In this document: positions 55,279 to 64,000 of the stretch, piece by piece
How the letters are laid out: each line of letters begins with the position of its first letter
Numbering within the stretch: position 1 is the first letter of the stretch
DNA from: Octopus vulgaris
Taxonomy: Eukaryota
Length of the DNA: 64,000 nt
NCBI GenBank assembly: GCA_951406725.2
Contig: OX597823.1
Span: 65,038,001 to 65,102,000, forward strand
Reading direction: 5' to 3'
Translations under genes and position numbers: made by a program
The notes under the pieces: model-generated
The model's database searches: none
The model's input: only the letters and a program-made list of their open reading frames with translations
Told to the model about the DNA's origin: nothing

Positions 55279-55280
<2 letters not shown>
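54130..55280 (-). mobile_element. R4/Dong-like non-LTR retrotransposon 5' portion, decayed
   Basis: Minus strand reads DANKLSNVRRDIVKDKSLTDAEISQIR, resembling the N-terminal domain of R4-clade ORFs; the 5' end abuts (TAA)n at 55281. Confidence 0.6.
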
Positions 55281-55320
<40 letters not shown>

Positions 55321-55321
55321 C

Positions 55322-55376
<55 letters not shown>

Positions 55377-55690
55377 CTAGTGGCAGTAGTAGCAGTAGTA
55401 GTATTACCCTTCTGTGCAAAAGACGGACTGATCACTCTGGTTCTGTCCACAAAGAAACCGCAAAAAGTAGAAAAATCATTGCTAATGTTTGTTTATTGTA
55501 GTGGTTAACTGCCTAATTCTGTTCGAACTTAAACAGCAAAGTGTTTGATGATTCCCTTGGTAAGCAGACGAGACATTGAAAAATTAACATATGTCAAGTT
55601 GGCCTTCAGTAATCATTTCCTATCACCCTTTGGCAAATGTAGCAGATAAACTTAACCACGATTTACCGCACTCTATCAAAGTTTGAGATA

Positions 55691-55724
<34 letters not shown>

Positions 55725-55864
55725 CATAGACAGAGAGAGACAGAGAGAGAGATAGAGAGAGAGAGAAGGAAAGATTGAAAAAGAAACAAAAATAGATGTC
55801 CATGTCAGCCATATATATAGCAATAGTATCTTATAGAAAAGAATACTGATATATAACCAAGAGA

Positions 55865-56300
55865 AAGGTGGTGTGCTAGCAAAAACGTTAGCACGCCGGG
55901 CGAAATGCTTGGCGGTATTTCGTCTGTCTTTACGTTCTGAGTTCAAAATTCCGCCGAGGTCGACTTTACTTTTCATTCTCTCGGAGTCTATAAATTAAGT
56001 GCCAGTTGCGTACTGGGATCGATCTACTGTCTCCCCCCCCCCCAAAAGAAAATTTCGGGCCTTGTGCCTAGAGTAGAAAAGAAAAGAAGGCGGTGAGCTG
56101 GCAGAATCGTTAGCTGCCCGGGCGAAATGCTTATCGGTATTTCGTCTGTCTTTACGATTTGAGTTCAAATTCCGCCAAGGTCAACTTCGCCTTTCATCCT
56201 TTCGGGGTCGATAAATTAAGTACCAGTTTCGTACTGGAGTCGGTCTAATCGACTGGTCCCCTCCCCCGAAATTTCGGGCCTTGTGCCTCGTGTAGAAAAG
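55865..56300 (+). mobile_element. Two tandem family B SINEs
   Basis: Two head-to-tail units ending ccttgtgcct..gtagaaaaga. Confidence 0.88.
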
Positions 56301-56904
56301 ATATATAACTAAGAGAGTCACGAAGACACAGACATTTGATTGTTGTAAACAGTTTATCTCAGTAGATTGTCCAGAAAGGTTATGCGAAGCACTTATCAGT
56401 AATCTACGATATGACATTCCAGTATTTGATTTGTTTTAATGTCTTACGTTCTGAGTTCAAATCCGCTTATAAATAAATTTTCTATTCATCCTACTAGGGT
56501 TAGCAACATAAAATATCAGTCAAGTGGCTTGGGCCATTAAATTGGTATGTGTTAGAAATTCATGCTATTACCAGACCGTTATCACTACACATATTAACTT
56601 ACACTAACATTACAATGTCATTTTCATATTATTAACTCCAAATCCACGTCGTTAACGCAAAAGCATTCCCATGACAACGTTATCTATGCAACAACATAGC
56701 AATGCGTTCTTTGTCACCCTATTTTGGTGTCTTTTGTTACAAGGGGCATTTGCGCAGACGATACGCGCTGTTTTGCCCAAACATTTCGCTAATATACTTG
56801 CCTATTCTCGTTAGCGTCCACTGACACATCTCCAAACAATTATGTACGTATCCACTTTGGCAGGTGGTTATGCATGAACACATGCATATATGTATTTATA
56901 TATA

Positions 56905-57523
56905 TTTCTTTACTACCCACAAGGGGCCAAACACAGAGGGGACAAACAAGGACAGACAAAGGGATTAAGTCGATTACATCGACCCCAGTGCGTAACTGGT
57001 ACTTAATTTATCGACCCCGAAAGGATGAAAGGCAAAGTCGACCTCGGCGGAATTTGAACTCGGAACGTAACGACAAATGAAATACGGCTACGAATTTCGC
57101 CCGGCGTGCTAACGTTTCTACCAGCTCGCCGCCTTGTATTTATATATGTATTTCTATATGTATTTATATATGTATGCATGCGCGTGTGCATGTATGCATG
57201 CGTACTTTTGTATGTGTATGTTGTCTGTTCTTTCTCAAGCCATGCCTGGCACATAGGGCCGGTTTCTCGGTTTCCTTGACGTATAGGTTCTCCACCTGGA
57301 CGGGATATCGGTCCGTCGCAGGTGAGCTGCAAGATGCAGAAGGAAGGAATGAGAGAAAGTTGTGGCGAAAGAGTCAGCAGAAGTTCGCCATTATCTTCTG
57401 CCGGAGCCGCGTGGAGCTTAGGTGTTTCGCTCATAAACACACACATCACCCGGTCTGAGATTCGAACCCTCGATCCCTCGACCGTGAGTCCGCTGGTCTA
57501 ACCACTAGGCCATGTGCCTCCAC
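56905..57523 (-). mobile_element. Family B SINE (56905-57135) and family C SINE (57225-57523)
   Basis: Homology to other copies in the window. Confidence 0.85.
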
Positions 57524-57987
57524 ATTTGTGTATATACTCACATAAAAAGTCATTTCGTGTCCGAATACAGTGACTTGTAAATTTCTTGGACGTTATCATG
57601 GAAAACCGCAAAGGGAGAGTGTCGTCAGTAGCAGAGTCAATGGCTACTTCTCGATGTATGCAATCATTAGGTGAGCATTGCTATTCCAAGACAGTGAACA
57701 ATCGTCAGGTTTTACGTCAGATTTTTCTCCTTCACATAATTTCTTACAACACATAGGAGTCTTCACTACAAGTAGTCTTGCTGCGTACTCGTACACTATC
57801 ACGAATGTTTCTAAGGCCCACGCACAATTGCTAGATAGTCGGTGAGCATATATAGGGTTCATAGCCCTTTTTGGCCCGCTGAGTTTAAAGCAACCCTCAT
57901 CAGTAGGCAAGCATGGAGCTACCAGTTTAGTCACCGATGACCAGACAATGCAAGAAGTTGTACAGAAATACATGTCATATGTAGTAC

Positions 57988-58076
<89 letters not shown>

Positions 58077-58077
58077 C

Positions 58078-58144
<67 letters not shown>

Positions 58145-58289
58145 CATCCACCCACCCATCCAAACCCACCCACCCATTCATCTATCCATCCATCCATCCA
58201 TCCATCCATCCATCCATCCATCCACCCACTAACCTACCTACCTACCTACCTACCTACCTACCTACCTACCTACCTACCTACCTACCTAC

Positions 58290-58404
<115 letters not shown>

Positions 58405-58538
58405 AATATCAATAATTTATATATGAATTATCCTCTCTCTGTTTCACTTCCCCGTCTCTCTCTCTCTCTTTTTTTCACTCCCCCGTCTCTCTCGCTCTCT
58501 CTGTCTCTGTATATATATATACATACAGACATACATAC

Positions 58539-58577
<39 letters not shown>

Positions 58578-58759
58578 CACATACATACATACATACATAC
58601 ATGCATACTGATTGGATCAATAATGGCAAAAACCTATCGTGTGTGTTTGTGCGTGAGTGTGTGTGTGCGTGCGTGCGTGTGTTACTTACATAGGTTTCAG
58701 CCATTACTGATCCAAGCCATGAATAACCTAATACCACCATTTGGAGTAGTCGTTTAAGT

Positions 58760-59520
58760 TATCTTTTGAGATGTTATAGCCTGCTCGAGTTGTGAGCTAC
58801 CGTTTGTCGAAATCTATCCGTTTCTTCGTGATTAGAAAGAATTTGTCTAGATACTGTTTAAATCTGATGGAGTGTCTTTCTTCGATTTCTTTGGGGAATC
58901 AATGATAAATACTGCTGCATCATTGGAGGTAAAACAAAAACAAATTGTGCTGCATTGTTGTTATATGATGTGAGTTCGAACTTTGTAAGAGGCGTATAGC
59001 ATTGGGGGTGCCTGATCTTTGATGACTTGTAAAATTGATACCGGTAGCGATTATATAATATCGTAGAAACTATTTTCCTCATCGTACAAATTCGTACAAA
59101 TGATTATACAGAATATATTTTGAACTTTTTGAGGCGGTCCTGGTAATCATAGACTGTCATCGCATTTATTTTTTGTGATCGACGTCTCAGGTGCTATAAT
59201 TCACATAATGTTTTGCTTTGAATAACGGAGAACACAGTTGGCAGTACTACTTAATTGACGTGCGTTGGAACTCTCTCCCATAGAATGGAAAGTGTCAATG
59301 AAGCGGTGCAAGAGCTGTGATAGACAGGTTCTATAGTAATGCATAAGTTGTGTTAGGCAATCACGAAAACCATGGTGGTTAGGATCTATGAGATGATTAC
59401 TCTCTTGGAAGGCAGTTATATTTTTTATCACACCAACTTCTAGTGTATTTAGATGATATGATAGGTTAGTGAGATCGGATAGTAATTCACTGCCGGCGAC
59501 TTATTTCACTGTTTTAAAAA
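58760..59520 (-). mobile_element. CR1/Jockey-group LINE reverse transcriptase remnant, internally deleted
   Basis: NHLIDPNHHGFRDCLTQL and YQDRLKKFKIYS motifs on the minus strand. Confidence 0.7.
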
Positions 59521-59942
59521 TTAGGATGACAGGCAAGGATAGTCAGTGTTCAGGTATAAATCCTATGACCAACAGTTTCCTACATAAAATAGCCAGAATA
59601 GAAGCTAGATAATGTTTGCACTCCTTCATAACACTAGCGAGGAAAATGACACAACCAAATACTAAAAGATTTTAACTTTAAACATTGTCACAATTGTGCC
59701 GCGAGTTATGTCAAGAGGATATGCAGTGAATTTAATTCATTGATACTGCATAGTTCAACGACATGAAGATCATTAAACACAAACCAATAGTGTGTCTAGA
59801 ATATATAATTATGTATATGTATATAAGTACATTAAAACACACAAGTGTACGTAAACAGGTATATAGCAACGTACATAACTTTTTTTAATAAAATCACACA
59901 GTCGCGTACATATGCATACATACACGAACATACATACATAAA

Positions 59943-60005
<63 letters not shown>

Positions 60006-60029
60006 ATATATAAACATATACATACATAT

Positions 60030-60102
<73 letters not shown>

Positions 60103-60115
60103 CATACATACATAC

Positions 60116-60156
<41 letters not shown>

Positions 60157-60169
60157 AACATATACATAC

Positions 60170-60216
<47 letters not shown>

Positions 60217-60796
60217 AGGGAGAGCCAGACAGAAAGGAATATATGTAAATAAGTAGTTATATACGTATAGTTAGTAAGACTGATAAATAGACGCAAAGAA
60301 TTTTACAATGGACACTTTAGGACAGTAGAATCATTAATGTTGGCTAGCTTTAGAACTTCAGATTTCTCATTGTCGCATTCTACTTAAAAATATTACAGGA
60401 AACTTAGTCAATTTGCCTGGAGACTTAGACATTTGATAATGACAGTAGCTTGTTAGTGTTGTTTGATGTTACTGCCATCGATCTCCATTGAAACAGCCCA
60501 GTAAGTTCGCTGTGTTTGATTGTGACTTTTATTTTTATCAGCGATAATCCACCATGAAATTACTCGAGCTCACACACACACACGTACTAACACACACACA
60601 CACACACACATGCACATGCACAGTCTCTCACACACACACATATGCAAACATACATATTTACACAAGACAGGTTGTGTGTGAGATCAGTCGTGGTAACGAA
60701 GGAGATTGTACATCAAACTCTTTAGATGGTTTAAGCGAAAATAGTTACAGCAAAGTTATTTGACATGCAGCACTACAATCTAAAGAGAATAGGTAC

Positions 60797-60892
<96 letters not shown>

Positions 60893-61063
60893 ATACATAT
60901 ATAAATATATATATATATACATATATAAATATACATATATAAATATATATATTATATATATGTATATATATATACATATATATATACATATACATATATA
61001 TATACATATACATATATATATACATATACATATATATATATACATATATATGTATATGTATAT

Positions 61064-61097
<34 letters not shown>

Positions 61098-61129
61098 ATA
61101 TGAGTATGTGTGTGTATACACATACAGAC

Positions 61130-62103
61130 GCACATAATTGGAAAGCGACCCAACAATGCCGATAAACTGAAGGCGTTATGTGAGGGGAAAATGTTTGGTG
61201 TGGTATAAAATCTCAAAGAAGCTGTTTAATAGCATTTTAGGTTAAATTAGCTGATTGTGAGCAAGGGTTGTCGTGTTGAAGAAACACGTCGTTTCATCGG
61301 TCGAGTCGCTGCTGTTGGATTGCCTAGTGGGTGAAGGTCACGGGCAACTCATCTGCTCGGCCAGTTTCCCATTGGATTGGCGCTAATCCTCTAGAAGAGT
61401 TGTTCTCAACCGGGGTCCATATCAGATTTTTTTGATGGGGGGGGGGGGTCACGAAAGCAATATGATAAATTTGGGGTCCATGGCTATTTTTCAGGGGCCA
61501 TGAAAAAACTATGCTCCAGACCATTAAAGTTTTTGTGCAATAAATTGGTTATACATAAAATATGTTAGCAATTTTTATACAAGTCCTAATAATGCTTAAT
61601 TATAAAACCTCAACACAAAATTTTAAACATCGAATGGCTTTGGGGTTCCACACAAGTAAAATATGAATCAAAAGGGTCTATATGTAGAAAATGGTAGAGA
61701 AACCCTGCTCTAGAATAAGTTCTTTCAATTAATCCTCATTGAAGTCAACAGATGAACCGGAATGCGGAGCGTTTATGTGGTCGAATTTCTACTCCTGGAA
61801 GCGTGAAAACCATTTCTATGAAGTTCTTTTATTAATAACGCTGTATCCATATTCGACACAAATATCACAACCAACTTCTGGCAACTTTGGAACTTTGATT
61901 GAAAGCGAAGAGAAGCAGGTGGCAAAATTGTCATTCCGTAGTCATTTGTCAGAAATATTTTCAAAACGATAGGCAAAAATTTGTAGAGGAAGAACAAATC
62001 TACAAAACGAAAAAAAGGGAATATCTGTGAAACTTTTCCGTGTCAGTTCCATTAAATTCAAATAATATTAGAAAGAAACGAACTCATTTATCTGATACCC
62101 CAA
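61130..62103 (-). mobile_element. Mariner fossil interrupted by a hAT MITE
   Basis: Minus strand reads HLLLFAFNQ, EYGYSVINKRT..KWFSRF..PHSG..VDFNE and VFLQHDNP; TIR-like ttggggtatcagataa near 62103. Confidence 0.7.
61397..61707. mobile_element. hAT/Charlie-type MITE
   Basis: Perfect 8-bp TSD CTCTAGAA (61389-61396 and 61708-61715); ends (g)agttgttctcaacc / ggtagagaaaccctg. Confidence 0.88.
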
Positions 62104-62269
62104 AGTCTTAGTTTGTTTGTGCGTGTGTGTGTGTGTGTGTGAGAGAGAGTGTGTGTGTGAGAGAGAGTGTGTGTGTGCGTGTGCATAAGTATATTGCACT
62201 CGCACGTGAGAGAGAGAGAGAGAACGAGAGTAACATGTACATACATACATTCATATATATATATATATA

Positions 62270-62324
<55 letters not shown>

Positions 62325-62439
62325 GTATTTAAAAATAGAAGAGGAAGGGAGAAAGGGGGCGCCTACTTGAAATATTCCTCTTCTAATGGGGAAGGTTTTT
62401 GTTTTTAAAATTCTCTTTATCGTTTGTAGCTGCAAAATG

Positions 62440-62700
62440 GTTTGCCATTTACTCGTTGCAGTTTTTTATGTATTTTTTATGTATTGTTACCTTACTCATA
62501 GCTAATATTTCTGGGATTCACGTGTGTGGAATAATCGTTAAAAGCCTTCCAGTAGTCAATCCATACCATACTCAGATTCGTTTTCCTACAGCATTTTTCA
62601 GTTATGGCTTTGTTGATAAATAAACTTCTCTTTATAGCCAGATGAGCCTGTGGCAGCATACTTTCTATTCTTTTGGAATCAATTTGTTTTCTTCCACTTA
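62440..62700 (-). mobile_element. R4/Dong-like reverse transcriptase fragment
   Basis: INKAITEKC.RKTNLSMVWIDYWKAF, matching the LSMAWIDYKKAFD RT motif. Confidence 0.75.
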
Positions 62701-62705
62701 TCATA

Positions 62706-62907
62706 GGTGTAGGAGTGGCTGTGTGTGGTAAGAAGGTTGCTTTCCAACCACATAGTTCTAGGTTCATTCTCACAGCGTTGCTTTGTGGCACCTTGGGCAA
62801 ATGTCTTCTACTATAGCCTCAGGCCGACCAAAGCCTTGTGAATGGATTTGGCAGACAGAAACTGAAAGAAGCTGGTCATGTATGTATGTATGTATGTATG
62901 TATACAT

Positions 62908-62954
<47 letters not shown>

Positions 62955-63580
62955 CATATACATATATACTCTTTTACTATATATATATACTCCTTTACTT
63001 GTTTCAGCCATTTGACTGTGGCCATGCTGGAGCACTGCATTTAGTCGAGCAAATCGATCCCAGAAATTATTTTTTGTAAGCCTAGTACTTATTCTATCGG
63101 TATCTTTTGCCGAACCACTATGTTACGGGGACGTAAACACACCAGCATCGGTTGTCAAGCGATGTTGGGAGGACAAACACAGGCAGACAAACATATACAG
63201 ACACGTACATATATATAAATATATACGACGGGATTGTTTTCAGTTTCCGTCTACCAAATCAACTCACAAGGCTTTGGTCGGCCCGAGGCTATAGTAGAAG
63301 ACACTTGCCCAAGGTGCCACGTAGTGGGACTGAACCCGGAACCATGTGGTTTGTAAGTGTGTGTTTGTGTGTCTGTGTGTTTGTGTGTCTGTGTGTTTGT
63401 GTGTCTGTGTGTGTGCGTGTCACGACCGCTTGACAACTTGTGTTGACGTGTTTACGTCTCCGTAACTTAGCGGTTCGGCAAAACGACTGATAGAAATATA
63501 CTGGGGTTGATTCATTCGACTAAAATACTTTAAGGTGGTGCCACAGCATGGCTGCAGTCTAATGAATGAAACAAGTAAAA
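62706..63580. mobile_element. Family A SINE (+) with an inverted family A SINE (62990-63352, -) nested in its central microsatellite
   Basis: + head 62706-62875, near-complete - copy, then + tail 63420-63580. Confidence 0.85.
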
Positions 63581-64000
63581 AAAAAAAATAAAGAATAGAA
63601 GTATATCTGCTTAGTCCTGCAATATTATTTTGCAGTAAAGGCTTTGTACATTGCAGCGAGACATAGTTTTGTGTTTTTTTTTAGTTGTTTTTGTTTTGTA
63701 ATATCTTTTATTTTTCTGTATAAGGTTCATGTTATTGCAGTTACAACTAAATATATTACGACTACGTCCATTTTGTCTCGTTTTTGAAGTTTCCACATTA
63801 TCAAATGTGTTCCTTTATTAAATCGAGAGCATAATGTACGCAGACCAAGGTTGCTATTTCTAGCAGGTCGTCGACTTCTTAGATGGCTATATCCATCTCC
63901 CGTTGTTGTAGTTGTCGATGCTGTTTAGACTCTCCAGATCAGTTCTGTTTTTATGAATGACTAAGATTACCAAATGTGAACTTAATATTTTGAAGGCGCC

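Noticed and set aside
57598-57670. ATG-initiated frame MENRKGRVSSVAESMATSRCMQSL with donor gtgagc
   Set aside because: Short, no recognisable motif and no linked exon; too weak to call.
60399-60500. Exon-like block with acceptor ttacag and donor gtaagt (similar case at 55502-55559)
   Set aside because: Stops in all three frames; could be non-coding, but is unsupported.

Overview
AT-rich, microsatellite-saturated eukaryotic DNA whose repeat repertoire (four tRNA-derived SINE families, mariner/Tc1 fossils, R4/Dong, RTE and CR1-type LINE remnants) points to a coleoid cephalopod, most likely Octopus. This assignment is inferred from repeat recognition, not a database search. No intact protein-coding gene is evident, and almost all long ORFs in the track are microsatellite or SINE artefacts. 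The window is a nested transposon graveyard: a Helitron inside a mariner, a solo LTR inside another mariner, a hAT MITE inside a third, an internally deleted Gypsy element with both LTRs, and a 5'-5' mariner derivative. Less ordinary signals are several minimal hammerhead-ribozyme-like motifs (Penelope type), one next to a perfect 94-bp-arm palindrome; fold-back duplications built on SINE heads; a recurring SINE dimer junction; a pre-miRNA-sized MITE hairpin; and a probable decayed multi-exon class A GPCR on the minus strand (about 33.7-37.9 kb). A few isolated candidate exons are listed at low confidence. I cannot support a wholly new biological system from the sequence alone.
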